DNA from: an uncultured Alphaproteobacteria bacterium
GTDB lineage: Bacteria; Pseudomonadota; Alphaproteobacteria; RF32; CAG-239
DNA: 63,189 bases
NCBI GenBank assembly: GCA_944390895.1
Contig: CALXRQ010000006.1
Span: 1-63,189 of the forward strand
Direction: 5' to 3'
This document shows positions 1 through 9,692 of this stretch, piece by piece. Numbering within the stretch: the first letter of the stretch is position 1; every line of letters starts with the position of its first letter. The notes under the pieces are model-generated. The model searched no databases. It was not told where the DNA came from and saw nothing but the letters and a program-made list of their open reading frames with translations. The translations under genes were made by a program, and so were the position numbers.

Positions 1-1743
1 AACCATTACTTTTATCTGCCGCCGGTGGAAAGAAAAATTGCCGGTTCTACCAGTTCGCGGCTGGCAAGGCAGATTGCGCTGCGGATTAAAAAAACGGTGG
101 AAAGCGGCGAGCTACTGGTTTCTCAAAACCGGCCGGTTCGTTTTGCCGATTTTATGATTCTGGTACAGCGCCGCAACAGTTTTGTGGAAGAACTGGTTCG
201 TGAATGTAAAAATGCCGGTGTTAACGTGGCCGGCGTTGACAAGATCAAGCTTTTGGAACAGATTGCGGTTCAGGATTTGGTGGCTGCGGCGCAGTTCGTT
301 TTGTTGCCGACCGATGATTTGACCTTGGCAACGCTGTTAAAATCGCCGTTGTTCGGGCTGGATGACGATGACTTGTTTAAGCTTTGTTATGACCGCGGCG
401 GCGCAAGCCTGTGGGCGCGGCTCGGAATGTTTTCCGAATATGCCGAAGTTTGCCAGGCTTTGCAGGAACTGCTGAATATGGCGGATTTTGTGCGTCCGTT
501 TGAGTTTTATGCCCATATTTTGAACAAACTGGACGGACGCAAGAAAATGGTGGCGCGTCTGGGGCCGGAAGCCGTTGACGGCATTGACGAGTTTGTCAAC
601 CTGACGCTTAACTTTGAGCAGGATCATATTCCGACGTTACAGGCTTTTGCCGACTGGATCGCCGAAGACGAAGTCGAAATCAAGCGCGAGTTGGAGCAAA
701 GCAATGCCGATGCGGTGCGTATTATGACGGTGCACGGTTCAAAGGGTTTGCAGGCGCCGATTGTGATATTGCCTGATACGGTGCGGGTTAAAGCGATTAA
801 AAACGAAGCGGGACTGTTATGGGACGAAGATGTTTTGTATTACCCTTTCGGTTCCGAAAATTATGAGGCCAACTGCAAACGTATCAAAAGCCGCGAAAAA
901 GAGCTTTCTTTGGAGGAATACCGCCGCCTGCTGTATGTGGCGCTAACCCGGGCAGAGGATCGCCTGTGCATTTGCGGTTACGTGAAATCGAAAGAACCGG
1001 GCGAAGAATCCTGGTATGCCATTTGCGAGAAAAGTTTTGCCGGGTTCGGTGTGCGCGATGCTGACGGCAATATTTGCCATGAGGTGAAACAGAAAATTGA
1101 AACGGTGCCCGGCGCCGCTAAAAATGCCGTTCTGCCGCCGATGCCGGATTTTGACTGGATTTATGGCAAGCCCGAAGCGGAGAATCCGCTGGCGAAACCG
1201 CTGACGCCGTCAAGGCCGGATGGGGACGACGGTGAGGAAGTTTGGGCGTCTCCGATCAGTGAGGACGGCAAAAGCCGTTACCGACGCGGCTTGATTATTC
1301 ACAAGCTGTTGCAGTTTCTGCCGGGCAGCCGGGCAGAGAGTAATGAACGGGTTATAGCCGAGTTTTTAAATAAAAACGCCGCGGATTTGAAGGAAGAGGA
1401 AAAGAGACGGATAAGCGAAGAAGTCGAAAGGCTTTTGAAAAATGAAGACTTTGCTCCGGTGTTTGGTCCCGATTCAAGGGCGGAGGTGCCGGTTATGGGG
1501 CGGGTCGGAGGCAGAATCGTTTCCGGCCAGATAGACCGTCTGGTTGTGGAAAAAAACAGGGTTATTATCATTGATTTTAAAACGAATCGTCCGGCAGCAC
1601 AGAGCGAAGCCGAGGTTCCGCAGGTTTATGTGAAACAGCTCGCGGCGTATAGGTCGCTGATTGAAGAAATTTATCCCGGAAAGAGAGTGGAAACTTATAT
1701 TTTGTGGACGGATACGGCCAAGCTGATGAAAGTCGCCTCGTGA
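1..1743 (+). CDS. addA: Double-strand break repair helicase/nuclease AddA, C-terminal part (5' end outside window)
   Basis: Frame open from base 1. UvrD-type motifs IMTVHGSKGLQ and RLLYVALTRA; C-terminal PD-(D/E)xK nuclease (GQIDRL...IIDFKT). Directly upstream of trxA, as is typical in Alphaproteobacteria. Confidence 0.92.
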   Translation, partial: NHYFYLPPVERKIAGSTSSRLARQIALRIKKTVESGELLVSQNRPVRFADFMILVQRRNSFVEELVRECKNAGVNVAGVDKIKLLEQIAVQDLVAAAQFVLLPTDDLTLATLLKSPLFGLDDDDLFKLCYDRGGASLWARLGMFSEYAEVCQALQELLNMADFVRPFEFYAHILNKLDGRKKMVARLGPEAVDGIDEFVNLTLNFEQDHIPTLQAFADWIAEDEVEIKRELEQSNADAVRIMTVHGSKGLQAPIVILPDTVRVKAIKNEAGLLWDEDVLYYPFGSENYEANCKRIKSREKELSLEEYRRLLYVALTRAEDRLCICGYVKSKEPGEESWYAICEKSFAGFGVRDADGNICHEVKQKIETVPGAAKNAVLPPMPDFDWIYGKPEAENPLAKPLTPSRPDGDDGEEVWASPISEDGKSRYRRGLIIHKLLQFLPGSRAESNERVIAEFLNKNAADLKEEEKRRISEEVERLLKNEDFAPVFGPDSRAEVPVMGRVGGRIVSGQIDRLVVEKNRVIIIDFKTNRPAAQSEAEVPQVYVKQLAAYRSLIEEIYPGKRVETYILWTDTAKLMKVAS

Positions 1744-1835
1744 TTTTTAGATAATTACTCTTTAATATAAAAAAAAATTCATTATATTAGATTCATTAAC
1801 GTCATTTATAACTATTGTTTTAGAAAGGAAATGTT

Positions 1836-2150
1836 ATGAAAGCAATTACAGACAGCCAGTTTGAAGCGGAAGTGTTGAACTCCAAGGGTTTGGTTCTGGT
1901 CGATTTCTGGGCGGAATGGTGCGGTCCGTGCCGTCAGCTGATTCCGGTTTTGGAAGAAGTGTCCAAGGATATGTCCGGCAAGGTTGAAATCTGCAAGATG
2001 AATGTCGACGAATCTCCGAACACGGCTGCCCAGTATGGAATCCGCAGTATTCCGACCATGTTTCTTTTCAAAGACGGCAAGCAGATTGACATGAAAGTCG
2101 GCTTGAATTCAAAGGCGACTTTGGTTTCCTGGATTGAGGCCAACCAATAA
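1836..2150 (+). CDS. trxA: Thioredoxin
   Basis: WAEWCGPC active site, 104 aa, AAAGGA RBS. Confidence 0.97.
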   Translation: MKAITDSQFEAEVLNSKGLVLVDFWAEWCGPCRQLIPVLEEVSKDMSGKVEICKMNVDESPNTAAQYGIRSIPTMFLFKDGKQIDMKVGLNSKATLVSWIEANQ

Positions 2151-2176
2151 TCCTTTTGCCGTTTTGAAGCGGTTTG

Positions 2177-2216
2177 AAAAACACGTTTGACCGGGAGGTT
2201 TAAAACGTGTTTTTTT
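2177..2216 (+). terminator. Intrinsic terminator after trxA
   Basis: AAAAACACGTTT ... AAACGTGTTTTT stem followed by a T-run. Confidence 0.7.
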
Positions 2217-2286
2217 GGTTTTTGGTTTAATTTTGACAATCCGTGATTATATCCAAAGCTGTAATTTTTTCGGCAGAGGTGTGGCG

Positions 2287-3192
2287 ATGGTTTGGGTCAT
2301 CAACGGGTTGATATACGGCTTCTTTACGGCACTTTATACGCTGGTTAACCAGCACTATAAAATGAACGGCTATCTTTTGGGCATTTGGCGCGGTTTTGGA
2401 ATCTCGCTGATTTTCTTTCCTTTTCTTTATTTTAATTTTCCGTGGCCGCAGACGGCTTATCATTGGGGAATGCTGGTGCTTCAGGGATTGTGCATCGGTT
2501 ATTATGATTCGCATTTGTTTTTTGCCTCGGCCAACTTCGGTGCAGGAGCGACTTCGCGGGTGATGGCGCTGACAACACTGGTGACTTCGGTTTTTTGGTG
2601 GGCGCTGACGCCGACGGCGTTTTTGCATTTGTTTGACGACGGTTCGGTGTTTATTACGCTGATTTTAATTTTGTTCGGTTTTACTGTCAGCTGCTGGTAT
2701 ATGTTTAAGGATACACTCTCGCGGGCAACGGTAAAATATATGATTCCGGTGATTGTTGCTCTGGCGGTTATGAGTATCATTACCAAGGAACTGGCTGTTC
2801 ACGGTTCCACGGTGTGGCCGGCAATTACGTATTATCTGGTTATTCCGACTTTTGTCAGCGGCTGTTATAATCTGTTTTATTATACGACAACGGAAAAACC
2901 CGGATTTATCGGCTTTTTCAAAAATGTCTTTTCCGGGCGTGCGGCCGGGGTCGGTTTGTATATCATCGCCTTCAGTGCGGCATTGATTACGGCTAAAAAT
3001 ATTGCTTTAAGAATTGCGCCTAATCCCGGGTATGTAATGTGTCTGGTTTTGACGGCGCCGATTTTCGTGTTTTTTTTGAACAAGTATAACAAAGTTCCTG
3101 ACAATGTTTCGGTCAAAGCCGGTTTTTCGATGATTTTTTTCATCGTTTTGCTGATTGTTCTGGTCAACGGAAATTTCGGTGTGGTTGACTAG
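2287..3192 (+). CDS. DMT/EamA-like multi-pass membrane transporter
   Basis: About 10 hydrophobic segments in two similar halves. ATG 2287 follows an AGAGGT RBS (the ORF track starts at 2215). Confidence 0.6.
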   Translation: MVWVINGLIYGFFTALYTLVNQHYKMNGYLLGIWRGFGISLIFFPFLYFNFPWPQTAYHWGMLVLQGLCIGYYDSHLFFASANFGAGATSRVMALTTLVTSVFWWALTPTAFLHLFDDGSVFITLILILFGFTVSCWYMFKDTLSRATVKYMIPVIVALAVMSIITKELAVHGSTVWPAITYYLVIPTFVSGCYNLFYYTTTEKPGFIGFFKNVFSGRAAGVGLYIIAFSAALITAKNIALRIAPNPGYVMCLVLTAPIFVFFLNKYNKVPDNVSVKAGFSMIFFIVLLIVLVNGNFGVVD

Positions 3193-4478
3193 CTGCACAA
3201 ATCTTCGATGATTTTGTTTAAAACCAACCGTCCGCTATCGGTTGCGCGGATGTTGCCGCCGTTGTCTTCGAGCAGTTTTTTTTGAAGCAGAATACGCAGG
3301 TTTTCCCGATTGACGAAAGCGTCGAAATCCATGCCGCAGTTATGTTTGAAACCTTGGCGGCTGATGCCTCTGTTCAGGCGCAGGCCCATTAAGACCAGTT
3401 CTTCCGCCCGCTCTTCCGGCGTAAGTTCTTCCATTATGCAGCGATGGGTCGAGGCAAAGATTTTTCCTTGGCTTTTGATGCGGCCGTGCGCTGCCGGGCC
3501 GATGCCGAGGTAGTCGTTTCCGGTCCAGTATATTTGGTTGTGAACGGATTCAAAACCGGAGCAGGCGTAGTTTGATATTTCATATTGATTGTAATTGCGA
3601 GTACGCAAAAAGGCGTTGGTAAAATCGTACATTTCCGCGGCTGCGTTTTCCTCCAGCGGTTTAACGCCTTTTTTATGAAAAACCGTTCCCTCTTCAATGG
3701 TCAGCTGATACATTGACAGATGTTTAAAGCCGAAAGACGCGGCCTGTTTTATTTCTTCCTGCCATTGTTTTAAGCTTTGTGCGGGGCGGGCATAGATGAG
3801 GTCAATCGAATGGTTGTCAAACAGCTTTAAGACGTCTTCCATGGCCTGATAAGCCTGTTGCAGATTATGCGTGCGGCCGAGGAATTTTAAATCCGCGTCG
3901 TTTAGAGCCTGAATGCCGAGCGAAAGGCGGTTGACGCCGGCGTTTTTCAGGTCTTGAAAAAGTTTCGGTCGGCCGCTGTTCGGATTGGCTTCCAGCGAGA
4001 TTTCGACCTGCTGCGAAAGTTTCCAGCGGCGGGCGATATGATTAATAATTTTTTCAATGTTTTGCGGCGCAATTAAGGACGGTGTGCCGCCGCCGAAAAA
4101 AATGCTGGTGACGCATTGATCTCCCGTATACTGATAATAAAAGTCAAGTTCTTTAAGATAGTCTTCAATAATTTCATCTTGCGGTACGTCTTTTTTGACC
4201 TTGCTGAAAAAATCGCAATACGGGCATTTGCTGAGGCAGTAGGGCCAGTGAATGTAAATTCCAAAGGGTAAATCCGTTTTAAGGGGAAGCTTCGGCAAAA
4301 ATCCGGTGCTCGTGTCCTCACGTACGTTTATGTACGCTGCGGGACTGCGCTCCGTGTTTGTTACCGCATCTTCCTCCTTAAAACGAATTTCTGAAGAGGA
4401 AAGCTTCGGTAAAAATCCGGTGCTCGTGTCCTCACGTACGTTTATGTACACTGCGGGACTGTGTTTCATGTTTGTCAC
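3189..4478 (-). CDS. hemW: Radical SAM heme chaperone HemW (HemN-like) with an N-terminal RPE-like repeat extension
   Basis: YIHWPYCLSKCPYCDF (CxxxCxxC), FFGGGTPS and HNQIYW motifs. Start is uncertain: GTG 4478 lies 8 nt after a perfect TAAGGAGG; alternatives are ATG 4469, TTG 4526, or GTG 4690 if the frameshift at 4525-4528 is repaired. Confidence 0.9.
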   Translation of the reverse strand: MTNMKHSPAVYINVREDTSTGFLPKLSSSEIRFKEEDAVTNTERSPAAYINVREDTSTGFLPKLPLKTDLPFGIYIHWPYCLSKCPYCDFFSKVKKDVPQDEIIEDYLKELDFYYQYTGDQCVTSIFFGGGTPSLIAPQNIEKIINHIARRWKLSQQVEISLEANPNSGRPKLFQDLKNAGVNRLSLGIQALNDADLKFLGRTHNLQQAYQAMEDVLKLFDNHSIDLIYARPAQSLKQWQEEIKQAASFGFKHLSMYQLTIEEGTVFHKKGVKPLEENAAAEMYDFTNAFLRTRNYNQYEISNYACSGFESVHNQIYWTGNDYLGIGPAAHGRIKSQGKIFASTHRCIMEELTPEERAEELVLMGLRLNRGISRQGFKHNCGMDFDAFVNRENLRILLQKKLLEDNGGNIRATDSGRLVLNKIIEDLCS

Positions 4479-4680
4479 CGCGTCTTCCTCCTTAAAACGA
4501 ATTTCTGAAGAAGGAAGCTTCGGCAAAATCCGGTGCTCGTGTCCTCACGTACGTTTATGTACGCTGCGAGACTGCGCTCCGTGTTTGTTACCGCATCTTC
4601 CTCCTTAAAACGAATTTCTGAAGAGGGAAGCTTCGATAAAAGTCCGGTGCTCGCGTCCTCACGTACGTTTATGTACGCTG
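4270..4680. repeat. Tandem array (about 3.5 copies, 114/114/113-bp period) of an RPE1-like palindromic element
   Basis: AAGCTTCG recurs at 4287, 4401, 4515 and 4628. The first unit, 4270-4390, is a full imperfect hairpin (AAATCCGTTTTAAGGGGAAG ... CTTCCTCCTTAAAACGAATTT). Minus-strand translation NTERSPAAYINVREDTSTGFLPKLP resembles the RPE1 peptide. Confidence 0.93.
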
Positions 4681-4690
4681 TATTTTTCAC
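4475..4690 (-). pseudogene. Repeat-encoded 71-aa ORF; frameshifted 5' portion of hemW
   Basis: GTG 4690 follows GGAAAG just after the hslU stop. It translates as RPE-like repeats until the A4 run at 4525-4528 (A5 in copies 1 and 2). Its TGA overlaps GTG 4478 (GTGA). Confidence 0.55.
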
Positions 4691-4709
4691 GCCGTCTTCT
4701 TTCCGGAAA

Positions 4710-6017
4710 CTATAAGATAAATTTGGACAGGTCGGTTGCCTGTGTGAATTTCATCAGTTTTTGCTCAACGAATTCGGCGGTAATAACCTCTTTCTGGCCG
4801 CTGCGGTCAGAAGCGTTGAAGCTGATGTCTTCCAGCAGAATTTCCATGACCGTATGCAATCTGCGGGCACCGATGTTTTCGACATTTTCGTTGATTTCAA
4901 CCGCAATGTCGGCAATCTTGTCGATGGCGGCCTTTTCAAATTCGATGTCAAAATTTTCGGTCTTGAGCAGGGCGGTATATTGTTCAATCAGATTGGCTTC
5001 GGGTTCAGTCAATATACGAACAAAATCTTCATGCGTCAGGGCTTTCAGCTCAACGCGAATCGGCAGTCTTCCCTGCAATTCCGGCAAAAGATCCGAAGGC
5101 TTGGCCAAATGAAAGGCGCCCGAACAAATAAACAGTATGTGGTCGGTTTTAACCATGCCGTATTTGGTCGTGACGGTAGTGCCCTCAATCAGCGGCAACA
5201 GGTCGCGCTGAACGCCTTCTCGGGAGACGTCGCCGCGGGTGTTTTCCGATTTGCCGGTGATTTTATCTATCTCGTCAATAAAAACGATACCGTCGTTTTC
5301 GACCGCTTCAATGGCGGCTTTGACAATCTGGTCATTGTCCAAAAGCTTGTCGCTTTCTTCGGCAATCAGGATGTCGTAAGCTTCGCCGACTTTCATTTTT
5401 TTGGTTTTGTATTTGGTTCCGGAAGCGCCGAGCAGGTCTCCGAGGCTGATCATTCCCATTTGGGCGCCGGGCATGCCGGGGATGTCTATGGTCGGCATTG
5501 AGGCGTTGGAATTGTCCAGCACGCTGATTTCGATTTCCCGGTCATTCAACTGGTTCTCCCGCAGAAGTTTACGAAACTTTTGTTTGGTCTCGTCGCTGGC
5601 ACTCAAGCCGACCAAAGCTTCCAGAACGCGTTCTTCTGCCGCAAGTTCGGCTTTGGCGGTAACGCTTTTGCGCATTTCCTTGCGGGTATTGTTCAAAGCA
5701 ATTTCAACCAAATCGCGGATGATGCTTTCGACGTCTCTTCCGACATAACCGATTTCGGTAAATTTGGTTGCTTCCACCTTTACAAAAGGCGCTTTGGCTA
5801 GTTTTGCCAGCCGGCGCGAAATTTCGGTTTTTCCGACGCCGGTCGGTCCCACCATCAGAATGTTTTTGGGGACGATTTCTTCCCGCAGATGCGCATCTAG
5901 CTGCATTCGCCGCCAGCGATTGCGTAAAGCGACGGCCACAGCCTTTTTGGCTTCGTTTTGGCCAATGATATACCTATCCAGTTCGGAAACAATTTCGCGA
6001 GGACTATAAACTGCCAT
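4710..6017 (-). CDS. hslU: ATP-dependent protease ATPase subunit HslU
   Basis: [14 protein letters not shown] pore loop, DEIDKI, C-terminal DLSKFIL. Confidence 0.98.
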   Translation of the reverse strand: MAVYSPREIVSELDRYIIGQNEAKKAVAVALRNRWRRMQLDAHLREEIVPKNILMVGPTGVGKTEISRRLAKLAKAPFVKVEATKFTEIGYVGRDVESIIRDLVEIALNNTRKEMRKSVTAKAELAAEERVLEALVGLSASDETKQKFRKLLRENQLNDREIEISVLDNSNASMPTIDIPGMPGAQMGMISLGDLLGASGTKYKTKKMKVGEAYDILIAEESDKLLDNDQIVKAAIEAVENDGIVFIDEIDKITGKSENTRGDVSREGVQRDLLPLIEGTTVTTKYGMVKTDHILFICSGAFHLAKPSDLLPELQGRLPIRVELKALTHEDFVRILTEPEANLIEQYTALLKTENFDIEFEKAAIDKIADIAVEINENVENIGARRLHTVMEILLEDISFNASDRSGQKEVITAEFVEQKLMKFTQATDLSKFIL

Positions 6018-6024
6018 TTTAAGA

Positions 6025-6546
6025 CTACACTTTCTCTATGATAACGTTATGATTGGTATAAATATCAATGTCACCGGCAATTTTCATGGCTTTTTGCGCG
6101 ATTTCTTCCAGAGACAACCCTTCTACGTCATATAAGGCTTTGGCCGCCGCCATGGCGTAGTTGCCGCCGGAACCGATGCCGATGATACCGTCGTCGGGCT
6201 CCATGACTTCTCCGGTTCCGTTCAGGACCAGTGACACGTCTTTGTCAGCCACAATCATATAAGCCTGAAGCTGACGCAGATATTTGTCCATCCGCCAGTC
6301 TTTGGCCAGTTCTACCGCGGCGCGTTTAAGTTGGTTGGCGTGTTTTTCAAGTTTGGCCTCCAGACGTTCGATTAAGGTGATGCCGTCGGCTGCGGCGCCG
6401 GCAAAACCGGCAATGATGCTGCCGTTACCGATGCGGCGGACTTTAACCGATTTGGATTTGAAAACGACCGCTTCGCCAAGAGTGGCCTGACCGTCGCCGG
6501 CCATGACCACTTCTTTGCCTTTTCTGATACATAAAATAGTTGTCAT
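6025..6546 (-). CDS. hslV: ATP-dependent protease peptidase subunit HslV
   Basis: N-terminal TTI, AGDGQ, GSGG, DIYTN; adjacent to hslU. Confidence 0.98.
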   Translation of the reverse strand: MTTILCIRKGKEVVMAGDGQATLGEAVVFKSKSVKVRRIGNGSIIAGFAGAAADGITLIERLEAKLEKHANQLKRAAVELAKDWRMDKYLRQLQAYMIVADKDVSLVLNGTGEVMEPDDGIIGIGSGGNYAMAAAKALYDVEGLSLEEIAQKAMKIAGDIDIYTNHNVIIEKV

Positions 6547-9500
6547 CTATTTTCTTTCTTTTGCACTCATCGCTTTCGGAGCCTTGCTGCCGGTGTAGGT
6601 GTCAATGGCGGTTGAAACGGGTTTTTCAACTGCTTTGACCGCCATCGGGCGTTTGTTGACAAATTTGACTCCGCAAATATTCATACCCAAGCTCTTGAGG
6701 GCGGTTTCAATCGGGATAAACAGGTCGCCGCCTTCGGCCGCGCGAATACCCGAGTGAGACAAACCGGTTATGTTGCCGTTCTTGTCAATCAGGGCGCTGC
6801 CCAGAGTCTGGGTTTGAACATAAGTGTTGACAATGATCTCCGCGCCTTTTTCTTCAGAGTAACGGTAACCGATAACCTGGCCCCCGTTATCTAAATAGTT
6901 CTCGCCTTCGTCAAAGTCAAGCAGACCCAGTGTCATATAAAGGTCTTTGCCGACTTCCGGCAGGTCAAGACGCAACGGCAGAGGTGCAAATTTGGTCTTT
7001 TCGCTGAGAAGAATCAGCGCCACGTTCTTGTTGGGGTTGACGCGGTAGGCCGAACCCTTGAAGTGCATACCGTTGACGGTGCGGATATCAAAGCTGTTCA
7101 AAGACTTGTCAATCAAATCCGCAGAAGTCAGTATCAACTGGTCGGAAATGATCAGACCGGCGCCTTTGCGTCCTTTCGGATTTTCAACCGAAACGACGGA
7201 CGCGCGCAGACGATAGACGTTTTCCGGGGACATGGTATCATAAGGTTTGACACTTTGGATGCAGAAGCTGTTGTTCATGTCGGCAAACATGTTTTCTACA
7301 GCCGCGCGGTTCTGTCTTTCCTGAATGCCGGCGGTCGGATCTGCCGGAATGTCAATCCAGAAGTCATCGGCGTAGGTGATGTTGGAAGCCGCGACTTTGA
7401 GCGTAGAGCAGCCGCTTTCGCCGATGTTTACTTCCGAGCAGTTGTCGTTCATCTTCAGACCGGTCAGGTATTTGTTCTGTCCGGCGTTGAATTTGGACGT
7501 GGTGCCGCTTCTTTCGTCGGTCTGGCTGTAGTAAGCATAGAAACCGCCGTTTTCCTTGATTTCGGATTTGGTAACCATTCGGCAGCTGCTGTCAATGATA
7601 CCGCTGACCGCATAGCCTTTGCCGCGGGCTCCGCCGTTTTCTGAAACATTGGAACCGCTGCTGTGGAATATGCCGCTTTGGTCAATGTAACCCGAGAGTT
7701 TGCGCATCTTGGTGCGGTTGGCGCAGGCCGTAAGCGACAGGCCTTTGGGCAGCAAAATGAAGTCGCCGTATTCGTCTACGTAGCCGTCGGCGTCATAACG
7801 GTTGACGCGGAATTTGCCTGACGTGCCGCCGCGGTCGTCGGTTTTGGTATAGTATGCATAAAAGCCGCCTTTTTCGGCGATGTCAGCCAACGGAACAAGT
7901 TTGCAGCTTTCGTTGACCATACCGGCAACGTTATAGCTGCGTCCGCCGGTACCGCCGCGATCCGTGATTGATGAACCGTCGGCATAGAATACACCTTTTT
8001 CATCAATATAGCCGTATACGGGGTGGAAATTGCCGTCAATCGGGCAGCTGTTGGCAATAGCCTGAGAATCGACGGCAACAAAGTTTCCGCTTTCGTCAAT
8101 GTAGCCTTTGACCTTGTAGTGGTTGCCCGAAGTTCCTCCCTGGCTGCTGATGCCGTTGAAGTAAGCATAGACGCCGCCTTTTTCGGCAATGGTGTCTTTG
8201 TTTTCGATTTTGCACATACCGGTGATGACGGTTGAAACCGGATATTCTTTGTTAGTGTTGTCTTCAACGAATTTTCCGGCTTTGTTGATTTTTCCGGTAA
8301 TGATGTTGGCGTTGATGCCGCAGTTGCTGTCTCCCGCCAGAGCGACAAAACTACCGCTTTCGTCAATGTAGCCTCTGACTTTGGCTGCAACGTTCATTCC
8401 GGTTCCTGAAGTTCCGCCGTTGCCGTCAATGTTGTTCAGGTAAGCGTAAAAACCGCCGTTTTCTTTAATCTCGCGGGTTTCGGTCAATTTGCACATATTG
8501 TTGATAGCACCGGTGATGTTGTATTCTTTGCCGGTGGCCGATTGTACGAATTTACCGTCTTCGCTGATGTAGCCGGTGATTATTTCGCCGCCGACGCTGC
8601 AGAGACCGGCGGTGTTTTCGGTTCCGAGAACGACAACATTGCCGCTTTCGTCAATATAGCCGCTGACTTCGTATCTGCCGGCAACGGGAGCGGTGGCAAC
8701 CACCTGCGAGAAGCTGTCGGCATTTTCTTTGGGATTGATTTCTCCCGAACCGCAGCTTTGCAGCATATTGACGCCGTTCAACTCGGCTTCGTATTGGTTT
8801 TTGAAGTTTACTTTCGATTTTTCAATGGCTTCAACTTTGGCCAACTGCTTTTCGATTTCTTCGGGTTTGACACGTTTGGCCAGTTCGGTGTTGAAGCAGC
8901 CGACTTCGGGCAGTTTGCTCAGAGCGTCGCCGAAGGCGCGTTCAACCAGCAGGGTTTCGCCTTTGTATTCGCCGTCTTTCATTTCACCGTAGCCGGTGGT
9001 GGTACCTTTGCAATATACTTTGTCTTTGGTTAAATCCAGCAGGCGCCAAGTTACGGTCATTTCCGAGGTGCCGGTGCGGAGATTTTGCTTTTTGACGTTG
9101 TTCCAGTCGAATTCATCGCAGACGTTCATGAAATAGTCGGTGATTTCGGCCGTTAAGATATATTCTGCCTGCGCTTTGTCAGAATACATATAATAAGGAT
9201 TGCTTTTTTCGACGACAACCGGATAATTGTCGTTCATGGTCTCAAAGAAGATGTCGAAGAACTTCATGTCCTTCTGCATCGCACGGCCCTGATTCAAATA
9301 TACGTTCTTGTCAAAGCGGCGGCAGCCGAAGATTCTGAAACGATAATTGCCGAGCTTGTCGCTGTAGCCTTCATATTTTCTGCCTTTGGGAATTCTGAAA
9401 TCAACGTATTCAAGTTTTACGGGAGCATAATTGCTGCGGGAGCGGTGCAGATAACCGTAAGCGTTCATCTGGTCAGCCGAAGGATTGACCATTTCTTCGT

Positions 9501-9681
9501 TTTGAATGTAGGCAACGCGTTTGACCGGTTTTTTGCGGCCGGGTTCGCACATGCAGTTGAATAAGCCTAAGGTTTTTTCGGTTCCGTCACACATGCAGGG
9601 AACCAGATCCGGGCTTCTGACCGCGCAGGATACAATCAGCGCCGGAATCAACATTAATTTGAGAGACCGTAAAATTCTCAT
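6547..9681 (-). CDS. Large lipoprotein: N-terminal CsgG-like alpha/beta region, four internal repeats of about 90-105 aa, C-terminal degenerate trypsin-like domain
   Basis: Lipobox LIVSC. Repeats GYIDESG...C...GxI...C...IxExGGFYAY. The C-terminus has the trypsin-2 pattern (SVVSV..GAGLII..LILTSADL; TLGSALIDKNGNITG) but lacks the catalytic His and Ser. Confidence 0.7.
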   Translation of the reverse strand: MRILRSLKLMLIPALIVSCAVRSPDLVPCMCDGTEKTLGLFNCMCEPGRKKPVKRVAYIQNEEMVNPSADQMNAYGYLHRSRSNYAPVKLEYVDFRIPKGRKYEGYSDKLGNYRFRIFGCRRFDKNVYLNQGRAMQKDMKFFDIFFETMNDNYPVVVEKSNPYYMYSDKAQAEYILTAEITDYFMNVCDEFDWNNVKKQNLRTGTSEMTVTWRLLDLTKDKVYCKGTTTGYGEMKDGEYKGETLLVERAFGDALSKLPEVGCFNTELAKRVKPEEIEKQLAKVEAIEKSKVNFKNQYEAELNGVNMLQSCGSGEINPKENADSFSQVVATAPVAGRYEVSGYIDESGNVVVLGTENTAGLCSVGGEIITGYISEDGKFVQSATGKEYNITGAINNMCKLTETREIKENGGFYAYLNNIDGNGGTSGTGMNVAAKVRGYIDESGSFVALAGDSNCGINANIITGKINKAGKFVEDNTNKEYPVSTVITGMCKIENKDTIAEKGGVYAYFNGISSQGGTSGNHYKVKGYIDESGNFVAVDSQAIANSCPIDGNFHPVYGYIDEKGVFYADGSSITDRGGTGGRSYNVAGMVNESCKLVPLADIAEKGGFYAYYTKTDDRGGTSGKFRVNRYDADGYVDEYGDFILLPKGLSLTACANRTKMRKLSGYIDQSGIFHSSGSNVSENGGARGKGYAVSGIIDSSCRMVTKSEIKENGGFYAYYSQTDERSGTTSKFNAGQNKYLTGLKMNDNCSEVNIGESGCSTLKVAASNITYADDFWIDIPADPTAGIQERQNRAAVENMFADMNNSFCIQSVKPYDTMSPENVYRLRASVVSVENPKGRKGAGLIISDQLILTSADLIDKSLNSFDIRTVNGMHFKGSAYRVNPNKNVALILLSEKTKFAPLPLRLDLPEVGKDLYMTLGLLDFDEGENYLDNGGQVIGYRYSEEKGAEIIVNTYVQTQTLGSALIDKNGNITGLSHSGIRAAEGGDLFIPIETALKSLGMNICGVKFVNKRPMAVKAVEKPVSTAIDTYTGSKAPKAMSAKERK

Positions 9682-9692
9682 TGTTTTTTCTC

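Noticed and set aside
4270-4680. Possible CRISPR array
   Set aside because: Whole 114-bp units repeat with no unique spacers, and there are no cas genes in the window.
4306-4715. Plus-strand ORFs across the repeat array
   Set aside because: By-products of a stop-poor palindromic repeat; no RBS.
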